Positions 19,582 through 30,504 are shown, counted from the first letter of the stretch. The stretch is DNA of 64,000 nt from an uncultured Lewinella sp. (GCA_913057785.1 CAJXPD010000008.1:4904-68903); one strand, 5' to 3'. Made by a program: numbers and translations. Notes: generated by a model from the sequence alone, not told the origin.

Positions 19582-19947
19582 ATGATCCAGTCAGAATCAA
19601 GACTTAAAGTAGCAGATAATAGCGGCGCAAGAGAAGTGCTGTGCATCCGCGTATTGGGTGGTTCTAAAAGACGCTATGCTTCCATCGGTGATACCATTGT
19701 GGTGACGGTGAAAGATGCAACCCCAGGGGGTATCAAGAAAGGTACGGTTTCAAAAGCCGTGGTAGTTCGCACCAAAAAAGAGATTCGTCGAAAAGACGGA
19801 ACTTACATCCGCTTTGATGACAATGCAGTAGTACTATTGACTGCAGCAGATGAGCCAAGAGGGACTCGTATCTTTGGACCTGTTGCTCGTGAGTTGAGGG
19901 AAAAGGACTTCATGCGAATTGTATCACTCGCTCCTGAGGTATTGTAA
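19582..19947 (+). CDS. rplN: 50S ribosomal protein L14
   Basis: 121 aa, [21 protein letters not shown]. Confidence 0.98.
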   Translation: MIQSESRLKVADNSGAREVLCIRVLGGSKRRYASIGDTIVVTVKDATPGGIKKGTVSKAVVVRTKKEIRRKDGTYIRFDDNAVVLLTAADEPRGTRIFGPVARELREKDFMRIVSLAPEVL

Positions 19948-19989
19948 AATTCACCAGCCTTTATTGAGCTGGTCTTAATCAGACAAAAA

Positions 19990-20331
19990 ATGGGAAACAA
20001 AAGATTTGCACCCAAGCTTAAGATAAAAAAAGGGGACAAAGTAGTGGTTATCGCTGGTGCCTACAAAGATCGCTCTAAAGTAAGAGAGGTTTTGGAGGTT
20101 ATTCCAGAGAAGAACCGTGCGGTAGTCGACCAGGTGAACCTTCGCAAGAAGCACTCTAAGCCGACACAAGATAGCCCAGGTGGTATCAACGAAATTGCTG
20201 CTCCTATCCATATTTCCAATTTGATGTTGGTTGATCCTGCTTCAGGAGAACCTACTAGAGTTGGCCGCCAAGTTGGTGATGATGGAAAAATTGTACGTTA
20301 TTCTAAAAAATCTGGCCAAACTATTGACTAA
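19990..20331 (+). CDS. rplX: 50S ribosomal protein L24
   Basis: 113 aa with a KOW motif ([16 protein letters not shown]). The stop overlaps the rplE ATG by 1 nt. Confidence 0.95.
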   Translation: MGNKRFAPKLKIKKGDKVVVIAGAYKDRSKVREVLEVIPEKNRAVVDQVNLRKKHSKPTQDSPGGINEIAAPIHISNLMLVDPASGEPTRVGRQVGDDGKIVRYSKKSGQTID

Positions 20332-20888
20332 TGAGCTATCAACCATCACTTAGAAAGAAATATAAAGACGAGATTGTTCCTGCTTTGATGGAGCAATTCC
20401 AGTATAGTTCTGTCATGCAGGTTCCTAAGTTGGTGAAGATCTGTCTAAACCAAGGTGTGGGACAAGCTACTCAGGATAAGAAATTGGCGGATAATGCCCT
20501 AGCAGAATTAACTTTGATCGCTGGGCAAAAGGCCGTACCTACTAAAGCTAGAAAATCTGTTTCTAACTTTAAGTTGAGAGAAGGCATGACCATCGGTGCC
20601 CGCGTAACCCTTCGCCAAGATCGTATGTACGAATTCTTGGAAAGATTAGTGAGTGTAGCCCTTCCTCGTGTACGTGACTTCCGTGGTATCAACGATAAGA
20701 GTTTTGACGGTAGAGGTAACTATACCTTAGGAATCACAGAACACATCATCTTCCCAGAGATTGATCTGGATAAGGTAAGTCGTATCACGGGTATGGATGT
20801 AACTTTCGTTACAACGGCTAACACTGACGCAGAAGCCTTGGCTTTGCTGAAGTTGCTCGGACTACCATTCAAGAACCAAAGAAATTAA
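20331..20888 (+). CDS. rplE: 50S ribosomal protein L5
   Basis: 185 aa, ..[17 protein letters not shown].. Confidence 0.97.
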   Translation: MSYQPSLRKKYKDEIVPALMEQFQYSSVMQVPKLVKICLNQGVGQATQDKKLADNALAELTLIAGQKAVPTKARKSVSNFKLREGMTIGARVTLRQDRMYEFLERLVSVALPRVRDFRGINDKSFDGRGNYTLGITEHIIFPEIDLDKVSRITGMDVTFVTTANTDAEALALLKLLGLPFKNQRN

Positions 20889-20929
20889 TAACTACTTATC
20901 TCAGCTGAGGTAAGCATAAAATTATAATC

Positions 20930-21199
20930 ATGGCAAGGAAGTCACTCATTGCCCGAGAAAAGAAAAGACAGCGCATGGTGGAGAAGTATGCTGAGCTGCG
21001 CAAACAACTGAAGAAGGAGGGACGTTGGGACGAACTGGATAAGTTGCCCCGAAATTCCAATCCTATCCGTTTGCACAATCGCTGCTTGTTGACCGGAAGA
21101 CCTAAAGGTTATATGCGTCAGTTCGGGATCTGTCGTGTTAAGTTCCGTCAGATGGCCCTTGATGGCAAGATCCCAGGCGTCACCAAAGCAAGTTGGTAA
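20930..21199 (+). CDS. rpsN: 30S ribosomal protein S14 (long, non-zinc form)
   Basis: 89 aa, [13 protein letters not shown]..; ends ..[11 protein letters not shown]. No CxxC pairs. Confidence 0.95.
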   Translation: MARKSLIAREKKRQRMVEKYAELRKQLKKEGRWDELDKLPRNSNPIRLHNRCLLTGRPKGYMRQFGICRVKFRQMALDGKIPGVTKASW

Positions 21200-21204
21200 G
21201 CCAC

Positions 21205-21250
21205 AAAGGAACTTTGTAAGATTGTTCCTTTTCAAATTTTCTTTTTCTCC
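21205..21250 (+). terminator. terminator/attenuator-like hairpin between rpsN and rpsH
   Basis: AAAGGAAC (21205-21212) pairs with GTTCCTTT (21224-21231), followed by the T-rich TCAAATTTTCTTTTTC. Confidence 0.4.
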
Positions 21251-21315
21251 TATTCATCATAGCTAATAAGGTTCCGAACGCTTCTTAGGAAAACCCATTA
21301 GCGAAATTTGAAATA

Positions 21316-21726
21316 ATGGCAGTAACAGATCCTATTGCAGATTTTTTGACTCGCATTAGAAATGCTCAACAGGCGGGTCACAGAATTGTAGAAATTCCTG
21401 CATCTAAATTAAAAAAGCGATTAACTGAGATCTTATTCGATCAAGGTTATATCCTAAGATATAAATTCGAAGACGGTGTTGGCCAAGGTAAACAAGGTAT
21501 CATCAAGATTGCCTTGAAGTACGATCCTATTACCCGCAAGCCCGTTATTCGTCAGTTAGGTCGTATCAGTAAGCCTGGTTTGCGTAAGTATTCCAAAGCA
21601 GGTGAGTTTCCTCGTATTATCAATGGCTTAGGTATTGCAATCGTGTCAACTTCTAGAGGAGTAATGACCGGTAAGCAAGCGAAAGCAGCCAATGTGGGTG
21701 GCGAGGTACTATGTTACGTGTATTAA
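21316..21726 (+). CDS. rpsH: 30S ribosomal protein S8
   Basis: 136 aa, [17 protein letters not shown].. Confidence 0.97.
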   Translation: MAVTDPIADFLTRIRNAQQAGHRIVEIPASKLKKRLTEILFDQGYILRYKFEDGVGQGKQGIIKIALKYDPITRKPVIRQLGRISKPGLRKYSKAGEFPRIINGLGIAIVSTSRGVMTGKQAKAANVGGEVLCYVY

Positions 21727-21756
21727 TCTTATTGTTCAGATCAAAAATTAATCGAC

Positions 21757-22308
21757 ATGTCAAGGATTGGAAAAGCACCCATTACCGTTCCCGCTGGTGT
21801 TACTATTGACGTTAGCAAGGGGAATTTGGTGACGGTTAAGGGCCCTAAAGGAGAGCTGACACAGCAAGTTGATCCTGATCTGGCTCTTGAGATCGAAGAC
21901 GGAACACTTACTGTTAAGCGTCCAACTGAATCAAAGAGACACCGCTCAATGCACGGTCTTTACCGTTCATTGATCAGCAATATGGTTACGGGAGTATCAG
22001 AGGGGTACAAGATCACATTAGAAGTGATTGGTGTAGGGTACAGGGTTGCAAATACCGGACAACTTCTTGAGTTGACACTTGGTTTCTCTCACCCTATTTA
22101 CTTTGTTGTACCGCAAGAGGTGAAGGTAGAAGGTAAGATGGAAAAAGGTAAGAACCCAATGATCATCTTGGAAAGCCACGACAAGCAATTGATCGGTCAG
22201 GTGGCTGCTAAGATTAGAGCATTCCGTAAGCCAGAGCCTTACAAAGGTAAAGGTATTCGCTTCTTGGGTGAAGAGATTCGACGTAAAGCAGGTAAGACTG
22301 CAGGGTAA
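21757..22308 (+). CDS. rplF: 50S ribosomal protein L6
   Basis: 183 aa, MSRIGKAPI.VP.GV.. Confidence 0.97.
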   Translation: MSRIGKAPITVPAGVTIDVSKGNLVTVKGPKGELTQQVDPDLALEIEDGTLTVKRPTESKRHRSMHGLYRSLISNMVTGVSEGYKITLEVIGVGYRVANTGQLLELTLGFSHPIYFVVPQEVKVEGKMEKGKNPMIILESHDKQLIGQVAAKIRAFRKPEPYKGKGIRFLGEEIRRKAGKTAG

Positions 22309-22412
22309 CCTTAAGCGTTGGTGCGCTGGCGCACTGCTCGATAATCTGTTTTTTAGATGGACCTTGGGTTTGGATGAAACAGGCCTCACACTAAGGTATA
22401 AAAGAAAGTATT

Positions 22413-22766
22413 ATGCAGTTTTCTAAGGCAAAGAGAAGACAAACGATCCGTAGAAGGATCCGCAAAAAACTAAGAGGAACCGCTGATCGACCACGACTAA
22501 GTGTGTTCAGATCAAACAAAGATATCTACTGCCAGGCTATTGATGATATCAATGGAGTGACCCTGGTATCGGCTTCCTCTAGAGATAAAGATTTGGATTC
22601 TACTGGAAATAAATCTGATATCGCTAAGAGAGTGGGACAAGCATTGGCTGCCAAAGCGCAAAGCAAAGGTATCTCTGAAGTTCTATTCGATCGAGGTGGT
22701 TATTTGTATCATGGCCGAGTGAAAGCTTTGGCTGAAGGTGCCCGCGAAGGCGGCCTTAAATTTTAA
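22413..22766 (+). CDS. rplR: 50S ribosomal protein L18
   Basis: 117 aa, ..[37 protein letters not shown]. Confidence 0.97.
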   Translation: MQFSKAKRRQTIRRRIRKKLRGTADRPRLSVFRSNKDIYCQAIDDINGVTLVSASSRDKDLDSTGNKSDIAKRVGQALAAKAQSKGISEVLFDRGGYLYHGRVKALAEGAREGGLKF

Positions 22767-22789
22767 AAAATCTCTAATCGCAAAATAGC

Positions 22790-23329
22790 ATGGCAAAGAG
22801 AAATTCAAACAACAAAGGGAAAAGCCGCGATCGGGTAAAACCAGCTGAAACTGAGTTGAAGGAAAAATTGGTTAACCTAAACCGTGTGGCAAAGGTGACC
22901 AAAGGTGGTCGTACTTTTAGTTTTGCTGCGATTGTGGTAGTGGGAGATGGAAAGGGTACAGTAGGACATGGCCTAGGTAAAGCCCGTGACGTATCTGAAT
23001 CTATTGCTAAGGCAGTGGATGATGCCAAAAAGAACTTGATCAAAGTTCCATTATTGAATGGCACCATCCCTCATGAGCAAAAAGGTAAGTACGGAGCAGG
23101 TAAAGTGTTGATCAAGCCAGCTGCTCCTGGTACCGGGGTAATTGCAGGTGGTGCGATGCGTAACGTCCTTGAAATCGCAGGTGTACAAAACGTTTTGGCG
23201 AAGGCCCAAGGTTCTTCTAACCCACACAACGTGGTGAAGGCAACCATCGATGCTTTGTCAAAGCTTAGAAGCCCAGTGGAAATCGCGCGTCAACGTAATA
23301 TTTCCCTAGAGAAACTGTTCGAAGGTTAA
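22790..23329 (+). CDS. rpsE: 30S ribosomal protein S5
   Basis: 179 aa, ..[28 protein letters not shown].. Confidence 0.97.
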   Translation: MAKRNSNNKGKSRDRVKPAETELKEKLVNLNRVAKVTKGGRTFSFAAIVVVGDGKGTVGHGLGKARDVSESIAKAVDDAKKNLIKVPLLNGTIPHEQKGKYGAGKVLIKPAAPGTGVIAGGAMRNVLEIAGVQNVLAKAQGSSNPHNVVKATIDALSKLRSPVEIARQRNISLEKLFEG

Positions 23330-23403
23330 AAATGTTAATATCATTGTAAAGTAAGGCAGATGCTTTTATTTGCTGTAACTTTACGTGGTTTAAAGCTTCT
23401 ATA

Positions 23404-23583
23404 ATGGGCAAGATCAAAATTACTCAAGTCAAAAGCCTCATCAAGCGTCCACAACGTCAGAAAGATACGATGAAAGCCCTAGGCCTTAAGCGTATCAACC
23501 ACAGCGTTGTTAAAGAGGTAAATCCGCAGATTGCGGGTATGGTAGCTAAGATTAGCCACTTGGTGAAAGTGGAAGAAGTTTAA
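23404..23583 (+). CDS. rpmD: 50S ribosomal protein L30
   Basis: Not in the ORF track (59 aa). My translation is MGKIKITQVKSLIKRPQRQKDTMKALGLKRINHSVVKEVNPQIAGMVAKISHLVKVEEV, in the expected slot S5-L30-L15. Confidence 0.93.
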   Translation: MGKIKITQVKSLIKRPQRQKDTMKALGLKRINHSVVKEVNPQIAGMVAKISHLVKVEEV

Positions 23584-23665
23584 AAGGAAGTGTTTAGTCG
23601 ACTGGAGGGATTACGTGGTATCGTAGACCGTTCTGTCGCCCACTCACTCAAATAATAGAAAGAAA

Positions 23666-24112
23666 ATGGAATTACATAATTTAAAGCCTGCTGCAGGATC
23701 AGTCAAGAGTCGCAAGAGAATCGCCCGGGGTCAAGGTTCCGGAAGAGGCGGTACGTCGACACGTGGACACAAAGGAGCAAAATCTCGATCTGGCTGGAAG
23801 TCTAAGCGTAATTTCGAGGGTGGTCAAATGCCCATCCAGATGCGTTTGCCTAAGCGAGGATTTAAAAATCCTAACCGCGTAGCTTACGTTCCCATCAATG
23901 TGGAACGATTACAGGAGATCGCTGACAAATACAAATTAGATACCATCGATTTAGAGGCCTTGATCTCTGCTGGTATCGTACGTAAAAATGACAAAGTAAA
24001 GATTCTAGGGTCTGGCGAATTGAGTGCCAAGCTTGCAGTAAGTGCCCATGCGGTATCTTCTACTGCTCAGAAGGCTATTGAGGCGTGTGGAGGATCTGTT
24101 AACCTCGTATAA
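23666..24112 (+). CDS. rplO: 50S ribosomal protein L15
   Basis: 148 aa, ..RGQGSGRGGTSTRGHKG.. Confidence 0.96.
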   Translation: MELHNLKPAAGSVKSRKRIARGQGSGRGGTSTRGHKGAKSRSGWKSKRNFEGGQMPIQMRLPKRGFKNPNRVAYVPINVERLQEIADKYKLDTIDLEALISAGIVRKNDKVKILGSGELSAKLAVSAHAVSSTAQKAIEACGGSVNLV

Positions 24113-24121
24113 TTTTAACTG

Positions 24122-25498
24122 ATGAAAAAGTTTTTCGACACACTAAAGAATATTTGGAAGATTCAGGAACTGAGAAACCGCATTTTATTCACTTTAGGAA
24201 TCTTGTTGGTTTTCCGTTTCGGAACTTTTATTGTGCTACCAGGGGTTGATCCAGCGGCTTTAAAGGATGCGATAGCCAATAACGCTAATCCAAATGATCT
24301 TTTAGGTCTGATCAATATGTTTACGGGGGGAGCTTTTAACAATGCTTCGATCCTAGCCCTAGGTATCATGCCTTATATCACGGCTTCGATCATCGTGCAG
24401 TTGTTAGGGTTTGCTCTACCATATTTCCAGAAGTTGCAGCAAAGAGAGGGAGAGTCCGGTCGTAAAAAACTTAATCAAATTACACGTTTACTGACTGTAG
24501 CTATCACCTTGGTACAGGGAGGGGGATACTTGACCTATATTAAGAGTATGGGAGCGATTGATGCTTCTATCCCTGAAGCTATCTTCTGGTTCTCTAACAT
24601 CATTATCCTATCGTCTGGTACTGTATTCTCGATGTGGCTGGGTGAGCGTATTACAGATAGAGGAATTGGTAACGGTATCTCTTTATTGATTACGATTGGT
24701 ATTGTGGCTACGCTTCCACGTGCGTTGGCATTCGAATTACAGGCTCAGTTGGCCGGTGGCGGATTGTTGATGTTCGTGATTGAATTGGCTGCTCTTTTCA
24801 TGGTGACCTTAGCTACGGTACTCATTGTTACCGGGGTTCGACGAATTCCGATCCAGTTCGCTAAGCGAATGGTGGGCCGTGGTTCATCTAGTATGCCAGT
24901 TTCTGGAGCTAGAGATTATATCCCAGTGAAAGTGAATGCTTCTGGTGTAATGCCGATCATCTTCGCTCAAGCATTGATGTTCTTGCCAGCGGTTATTGCT
25001 CAGTTCTTTGCGGGTAGTGGAAGTGATGTACAGTCTAGTGGATTGTTGAGAGCATTGAATGATTTCACCTCTGGACCATACAACATGATCTACTTTGTTT
25101 TGGTAGTGGTCTTTACTTATGTATATACTGCCTTGATGGTGAATCCTCAGCAATATGCCGAGTACTTGAAGCGCCAAAACGCTTTCATTCCAGGCATCAA
25201 GCCAGGTAAGGCTACTGCCGATTTCATTGACGCGGTAACTACTAGAATTACACTACCTGGTTCTATCTTCTTAGGTCTGATTGCGATTCTTCCCGCTGTG
25301 GTTACAGCTATGTTCAATGTGAATGCAGCTTTTGCAGCCTTCTTTGGAGGTACTTCTTTGTTGATCATTGTTGGGGTGGTTCTAGATACTTTGCAACAAA
25401 TCGAGAGTCACTTGTTGATGCGCAGATATGATGGTCTAGTTAAATCTGGTCGTCTACAAGGTAGAAGTAGAATGCAGGGAATCGGCGCGAATATGTAA
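24122..25498 (+). CDS. secY: preprotein translocase subunit SecY
   Basis: 458 aa, 10-TM pattern, ..ILALGIMPYITASII.QLL.. Confidence 0.97.
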   Translation: MKKFFDTLKNIWKIQELRNRILFTLGILLVFRFGTFIVLPGVDPAALKDAIANNANPNDLLGLINMFTGGAFNNASILALGIMPYITASIIVQLLGFALPYFQKLQQREGESGRKKLNQITRLLTVAITLVQGGGYLTYIKSMGAIDASIPEAIFWFSNIIILSSGTVFSMWLGERITDRGIGNGISLLITIGIVATLPRALAFELQAQLAGGGLLMFVIELAALFMVTLATVLIVTGVRRIPIQFAKRMVGRGSSSMPVSGARDYIPVKVNASGVMPIIFAQALMFLPAVIAQFFAGSGSDVQSSGLLRALNDFTSGPYNMIYFVLVVVFTYVYTALMVNPQQYAEYLKRQNAFIPGIKPGKATADFIDAVTTRITLPGSIFLGLIAILPAVVTAMFNVNAAFAAFFGGTSLLIIVGVVLDTLQQIESHLLMRRYDGLVKSGRLQGRSRMQGIGANM

Positions 25499-25657
25499 GA
25501 TCTTCCCTGGAAGTTACAGGGATCTATATAGGGCAGGGCAACCTGCACCGCTGAATGGAGCAACGCTAAATAGAGGATTGATAGATCAGTGAAGAGAGAG
25601 AAGGGAGTTTAGTTTGCTCCATTCAGTATTATAAATGTTTTCTATCTCCATTTGCCA

Positions 25658-26479
25658 ATGATTTTTTATAAGACTCAGGAAGAGATTGAAAAAATTAGGG
25701 AGAGCTGTTTGTTGGTTTGTAAAGCCTTGACAGAAGTTGCTAAGGTGATCAAACCAGGTATTTCAGCAGCAACGATTGATGCCTTGGCCGAACAAGTAAT
25801 TCGTGACCATGGCGCTGTTCCTGCCTTTAAAGGTTACCGCGGTTTTCCTTCAACGCTATGTGTTTCTGTAAACGAAGGCGTTGTCCACGGGATTGCAACG
25901 GAAGAGTTGGTTTTTAATGATGGAGATATTGTTTCTGTAGACTGTGGAGTATTGATGAATGATTTTCATGGAGACTCCGCTTACACTTTCCCTTTGGGAG
26001 ATGTATCTGAAGAGGTGATGGAGCTGTGCCGCGTGACAAATACCTCCTTATACAAGGGAATTCGAAATGCAGTTGTCGGAAACCGTTTAGGAGACATTGG
26101 GTTTTCTATCCAAAACTATGTGGAACGATTGCACAACTACAGCATTGTAAGAGAGCTGGTGGGCCACGGGATTGGAAGAGATCTGCATGAAGCTCCTGAA
26201 GTTCCTAACTATGGAAAGAGAGGGCGTGGACCTAAACTGAAAGAAGGTTTGGTTATCGCTATTGAACCCATGGTTAATTTGGGAAGAAAAGAAGTGCGAA
26301 CGGCTAAGGATGGATGGACGGTTATCGCCAAAGATCTAAAACCTTCAGCGCACTACGAACATACTGTAGCCGTCAAAGACGGTGAAGCAGATATACTGTC
26401 GGATCATAGCGGGGTAGAGGCTGCCATTTTGCAGAACGACAATGTTAAGTCAGTGAGCCTCAAGACCGCTGCGGTTTAG
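25658..26479 (+). CDS. map: type I methionine aminopeptidase
   Basis: Metal-ligand motifs ..VSVDCG...D...DSA.T.., GHGIG...HE, IEPM. The track start 25652 is TTG; ATG at 25658 is preferred. Confidence 0.93.
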   Translation: MIFYKTQEEIEKIRESCLLVCKALTEVAKVIKPGISAATIDALAEQVIRDHGAVPAFKGYRGFPSTLCVSVNEGVVHGIATEELVFNDGDIVSVDCGVLMNDFHGDSAYTFPLGDVSEEVMELCRVTNTSLYKGIRNAVVGNRLGDIGFSIQNYVERLHNYSIVRELVGHGIGRDLHEAPEVPNYGKRGRGPKLKEGLVIAIEPMVNLGRKEVRTAKDGWTVIAKDLKPSAHYEHTVAVKDGEADILSDHSGVEAAILQNDNVKSVSLKTAAV

Positions 26480-26553
26480 CGATTTAAGTTTTTTTAGTCG
26501 TAGCGATAGGAAGTAAATATTTTTGTGTATCTTTGCACTCCGAAAATTTAGCT

Positions 26554-26772
26554 ATGGCAAAAAAAGATCTAATTAAGCAAGACGGTATTATTGAAGAAGC
26601 TTTATCTAACGCTATGTTCCGGGTTCGGTTAGAAAATGACCACCAGATCGTAGCCACCATTTCGGGTAAGATGAGGATGAATTACATCAGAATCCTACCT
26701 GGAGATAAAGTAGCAGTTGAGATGTCCCCATACGATCTTACTCGAGGAAGGATCATCTATCGTTACAAATAA
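26554..26772 (+). CDS. infA: translation initiation factor IF-1
   Basis: [28 protein letters not shown].. (72 aa). Trimmed from track start 26533. A TATCTTTG box (26528-26535) lies 19 nt upstream. Confidence 0.95.
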   Translation: MAKKDLIKQDGIIEEALSNAMFRVRLENDHQIVATISGKMRMNYIRILPGDKVAVEMSPYDLTRGRIIYRYK

Positions 26773-26809
26773 TCAGTAATTCTGAATTGCAAATAATAAA
26801 TGCTTTATC

Positions 26810-26926
26810 ATGAAAGTAAGAGCATCAGTGAAGAAACGTACTAGTGATTGCAAAATTGTAAGACGCAAAGGTAAGTTGTACGTAATCAACAAGAAAAATC
26901 CTAAGTTCAAGCAACGTCAAGGATAA
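26810..26926 (+). CDS. rpmJ: 50S ribosomal protein L36
   Basis: Not in the ORF track (38 aa). My translation is [39 protein letters not shown] single Cys, so the non-zinc form. Confidence 0.93.
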   Translation: MKVRASVKKRTSDCKIVRRKGKLYVINKKNPKFKQRQG

Positions 26927-27013
26927 TTAATTTAATTCTTAAGCTGATTGGATAGGCTTACTTCTCAGCACGACTGCTCAGTAAGTATTCCAAGCACACA
27001 AACCATATAATCA

Positions 27014-27391
27014 ATGGCTCGTATTGCAGGTGTAGATTTGCCTAGAAACAAACGCGGGGTTATCAGTTTGACTTACATTTACGGTATCGGCCCAGCTAGG
27101 GCTAGAGAAGTACTAGCACAGGCAGGGATCGACGAAAGCGTAAAAGTACAGGATTGGACTGATGACAATATCAAGAGTATCTCTGTCTATATCACTAACC
27201 AGCTGACGGTAGAGGGGGAACTACGTTCTGAGGTACAGATGAACATCAAACGTCTAATGGATATTGGTTGCTACCGAGGTCTACGTCACCGTAAGGGGCT
27301 TCCATTAAGAGGACAGAGAACGCAGACCAATGCCAGAACGCGTAAAGGTAAGCGTAAAACAGTTGCTAATAAGAAGAAGGTTACTAAGTAG
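27014..27391 (+). CDS. rpsM: 30S ribosomal protein S13
   Basis: 125 aa, [11 protein letters not shown]....LTYIYGIG.. Confidence 0.97.
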   Translation: MARIAGVDLPRNKRGVISLTYIYGIGPARAREVLAQAGIDESVKVQDWTDDNIKSISVYITNQLTVEGELRSEVQMNIKRLMDIGCYRGLRHRKGLPLRGQRTQTNARTRKGKRKTVANKKKVTK

Positions 27392-27434
27392 TGTAGCTTA
27401 GGAGTTATTCATCTTTCAAAATTTTTGCGATCAA

Positions 27435-27824
27435 ATGGCGAAGTCAACCAAAAAAGTCAAGAAGCGGAAGGTAAAAGTGGAACCAGAAGGCTTTGTGTTT
27501 ATCAAAGCAAGTTTCAACAATATTATCATCTCTCTTACAAATAAGCAAGGACAGGTAATCTCTTGGGCATCTGCTGGTAAAGCTGGATTTAGAGGTTCTA
27601 AGAAAAACACTCCTTATGCTGCTCAGGTAGCTGCATCTGATGCTGCTCGAGTTGCTTTTGAAGCAGGAATGAGAACAGCAGAGGTTTTTGTTAAAGGACC
27701 TGGATCAGGAAGAGAGGCCGCTATTCGCGGGATCGATGGTGCTGGTATCAAAGTGAGCCGCATCAAGGACGTAACACCTATTCCACACAACGGTTGTCGT
27801 CCACCCAAAAGAAGAAGAGTATAA
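27435..27824 (+). CDS. rpsK: 30S ribosomal protein S11
   Basis: 129 aa, ..[11 protein letters not shown]...G....W.SAG..GF.GS.K.TPYAAQ.. Confidence 0.97.
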   Translation: MAKSTKKVKKRKVKVEPEGFVFIKASFNNIIISLTNKQGQVISWASAGKAGFRGSKKNTPYAAQVAASDAARVAFEAGMRTAEVFVKGPGSGREAAIRGIDGAGIKVSRIKDVTPIPHNGCRPPKRRRV

Positions 27825-27929
27825 TCCTTCTTCACGATTATCGAAATTATAAAATAAGTAATGGTGAGAAGAGGCAAAACCAACTAGTAAAAGGCCTTTT
27901 ATCATCACTAAGCAAATCTTTTAGCTAAA

Positions 27930-28541
27930 ATGGCAAGATATACTGGACCCACATCGAAGAAGGCAAGAGCACTAGGGGAGCCTATTTTCGGGTTTGATAG
28001 AGCCTTTGAGAAAAAGAAGTATCGCCCAGGTCAGCACGGTAACTCTCGTAGAAGAAGACAACGTTCTGATTATGCGCTTCAATTGCTTGAAAAGCAAAAG
28101 GCAAAATACACCTATGGGGTTTTAGAACGCCAATTTAGGAATCTTTTTGAGAAGGCTAGCCGTAAAAAAGGTGTAACCGGTACTGTATTGCTACAGTTAT
28201 TGGAAGCTCGCTTAGACAATACGGTTTTCCGTCTAGGATTGGCACCAACTAGAAGAGCCGCTCGTCAATTGGTTTCTCACAAACACATTCTTTTGAATGG
28301 TGTGGTAACCAATATCCCATCTGCTCAACTAAGATCTGGTGACATTATCTCTGTAAGAGGAAAATCACAAGGGATGTCAGTGATCAGAGATAGCGTTAGT
28401 GCTAAGAACGATGTGCGAAAGTTTCCTTGGCTAGAAATGAATCCGGATACAATGAGTGGAACCTTCCTCGAGTATCCTGAACGAGATCAAATACCGGAGA
28501 AAATCAACGAGCAGCTAATCGTTGAATTGTACTCTAAGTAA
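27930..28541 (+). CDS. rpsD: 30S ribosomal protein S4
   Basis: 203 aa, MARYTGP..K..R..G.., with an S4 RNA-binding domain. Confidence 0.97.
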   Translation: MARYTGPTSKKARALGEPIFGFDRAFEKKKYRPGQHGNSRRRRQRSDYALQLLEKQKAKYTYGVLERQFRNLFEKASRKKGVTGTVLLQLLEARLDNTVFRLGLAPTRRAARQLVSHKHILLNGVVTNIPSAQLRSGDIISVRGKSQGMSVIRDSVSAKNDVRKFPWLEMNPDTMSGTFLEYPERDQIPEKINEQLIVELYSK

Positions 28542-28553
28542 GATAAAAAAAAT

Positions 28554-28575
28554 GGCAGCCTTTTCGAAGGCTGTC
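28554..28575 (+). terminator. weak hairpin after rpsD
   Basis: GGCAGCCTT ttcg AAGGCTGTC (one G-T pair), followed by AATTTTG. Confidence 0.3.
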
Positions 28576-28640
28576 AATTTTGCTATATAATAAGCTATAC
28601 GCTTTAGCTCTTTTTTTCCCGTCAAAGTTTCAAACGACAT

Positions 28641-29639
28641 ATGAGTATATTAAACTTCCAGAAGCCCGACAAGATCGTATTGCAAAAGGCAAATGATTTT
28701 GAAGGGACTTTTGAATTCAAACCTCTGGAGCCTGGCTTCGGCCAAACTGTTGGCAATGCCTTACGCAGGGTGTTGCTTTCCTCATTGGAAGGCCACGCTA
28801 TTTCTGCTGTTCGTATCGCGGGCGTTGACCATGAGTTTGCCACCATCCGAGGTGTTGTACAAGATGTCATCGAAATCATCCTTAACCTCAAACAAGTACG
28901 CTTAAAACAGCTTATTACTGATGATGATGTAAGCACTGAAAAGATCTATCTCACCATCAGTGGCAAGGATGAGTTTAGAGCAGGTGATATTGAAGAACAC
29001 ACTAACGTGTTCAAAATCATGAACCCTGACCTACTGATCTGCAACATGGAACCCTTTGTTAACTTGGAAATGGAATTGACAGTTACCAAAGGCCGTGGTT
29101 ACGTACCAGCTGACGAAAACTTACCCAAAGATGCACCTATCGGAGTTATTCCAGTAGATGCGATCTATACGCCTATCAAGAATGTTGCCTACCGTATCGA
29201 AAATACGCGTGTAGGACAAAGAACTGACTACGAAAAATTGACCATCGATGTTAAAACTGATGGTACAATTCACCCTGAAGATGCCATTAAAGAAGCTTCT
29301 CGTATCTTGATTCAGCACTTGATGTTGATCACTGATGAGAACATCACCTTTGATGACGCTTCTAGCCGTGAAGACAATATCGTGGATGAGCATATCTTGC
29401 ACATGCGCAAGCTGCTTAAGACTTCTTTGGAAGACCTCGACTTGTCCGTACGTGCTTACAACTGCTTGAAGGCAGCTAAGATCAACACCTTAGCGGAACT
29501 AGTGAAGTATGACACACATGAGCTATTGAAGTTCCGTAATTTCGGTAAGAAATCTTTGGTTGAGATCGAAGAATTACTACAAGACAAAGGTCTAACCTTT
29601 GGTATGGATCTTTCCAAGTATAAATTGGAAGAAGACTAA
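28641..29639 (+). CDS. rpoA: DNA-directed RNA polymerase alpha subunit
   Basis: 332 aa. N-terminal dimerisation domain and C-terminal alpha-CTD (..[17 protein letters not shown]..). Confidence 0.97.
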   Translation: MSILNFQKPDKIVLQKANDFEGTFEFKPLEPGFGQTVGNALRRVLLSSLEGHAISAVRIAGVDHEFATIRGVVQDVIEIILNLKQVRLKQLITDDDVSTEKIYLTISGKDEFRAGDIEEHTNVFKIMNPDLLICNMEPFVNLEMELTVTKGRGYVPADENLPKDAPIGVIPVDAIYTPIKNVAYRIENTRVGQRTDYEKLTIDVKTDGTIHPEDAIKEASRILIQHLMLITDENITFDDASSREDNIVDEHILHMRKLLKTSLEDLDLSVRAYNCLKAAKINTLAELVKYDTHELLKFRNFGKKSLVEIEELLQDKGLTFGMDLSKYKLEED

Positions 29640-29651
29640 GAATTAAACTGA

Positions 29652-29685
29652 GGCCTGCTGCATTGATGTAGCAGGCCGCTTTTAT
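29652..29685 (+). terminator. hairpin 1 in the rpoA-rplQ spacer
   Basis: GGCCTGCT (29652-29659) pairs with AGCAGGCC (29670-29677), then GCTTTTAT. Confidence 0.45.
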
Positions 29686-29699
29686 AAAAAGATACAGGC

Positions 29700-29722
29700 A
29701 GTCCTCTCGGAGGACTTTTTTC
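29700..29722 (+). terminator. rho-independent terminator-like hairpin 2 in the rpoA-rplQ spacer
   Basis: AGTCCTC tcg GAGGACT followed by TTTTTT. Confidence 0.55.
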
Positions 29723-29820
29723 ATAATAGCAATAACCTTTACCGATTAAGCGAACAAGCCTGTTGTCAAAGATCTTCAGATCAATCGGCTTAAAGGTGTT
29801 GCGAAGCAAATAATTGAATA

Positions 29821-30318
29821 ATGAGACACGGTAAGAAAGTAAACCATCTCGGACGGAAATCAGCCCACCGTAAAGCGCTATTGCGCAACTTGGCTATCGC
29901 TCTGATTGAGCATAAAAGAATCAACACCACTTTGGCTAAGGCTAAAGCGTTGAGAAAATTTGTTGAGCCATTGGTGACTAAGTCTAAAACGGATACGATG
30001 CACTCACGTCGTGTAGTTTTTAGCTACCTTCAAAACAAAGAAGCGATCAAAGAACTATTTAGTATCGTTGGTCCTAAGGTAGGAGAGCGTCCAGGTGGAT
30101 ATGTGAGAGTGATTAAAACCGGATTCAGAAAAGGTGATGGTGCCGAAATGGCAATGATCGAATTGGTAGATTTCAATGATGTCTACAGCGTAGATTCTGG
30201 TGAAAGTAAAGGTGGTGGTCGTCGTCGTCGCCGTCGTAGAGGTGGCAAAGGTGGTGGAGCTGCTGCAGCGGCAGCAGGTGCAGCTACAGTTGCTGCTACT
30301 TCTGAAGAGGAAGAATAG
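29821..30318 (+). CDS. rplQ: 50S ribosomal protein L17 (with Arg/Gly/Ala-rich then acidic tail)
   Basis: 165 aa, MRHGKK.NHLGR...HRKA.L.N.. Tail [35 protein letters not shown]. Confidence 0.96.
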   Translation: MRHGKKVNHLGRKSAHRKALLRNLAIALIEHKRINTTLAKAKALRKFVEPLVTKSKTDTMHSRRVVFSYLQNKEAIKELFSIVGPKVGERPGGYVRVIKTGFRKGDGAEMAMIELVDFNDVYSVDSGESKGGGRRRRRRRGGKGGGAAAAAAGAATVAATSEEEE

Positions 30319-30360
30319 TAGAATTGAGGATTCTGATCCTCATTTCGAATCCTATAAAAG

Positions 30361-30400
30361 CGGGAAGGTTGCCTATGGCGGCCTTCCCGTTTCTCATTTT
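30361..30400 (+). terminator. rho-independent terminator ending the ribosomal superoperon
   Basis: CGGGAAGG (30361-30368) pairs with CCTTCCCG (30382-30389), followed by TTTCTCATTTT. Confidence 0.65.
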
Positions 30401-30504
30401 GGACTATAGCCAACAGGAATGAATCCATCTTTCTTAGGAATTTGAGTGTATCTGTTTTCGATTCCTCTTACCTTTAGGCATCTCTAAAACCCAGCTCCTG
30501 ATAC

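Noticed and set aside
30183-30428. 81-aa minus-strand ORF and 69-aa plus-strand ORF (30200-30409) with poly-Ala, poly-Val or poly-Arg runs
   Set aside because: They are alternative readings of the GC-rich low-complexity tail of rplQ and of the terminator region, not independent genes.
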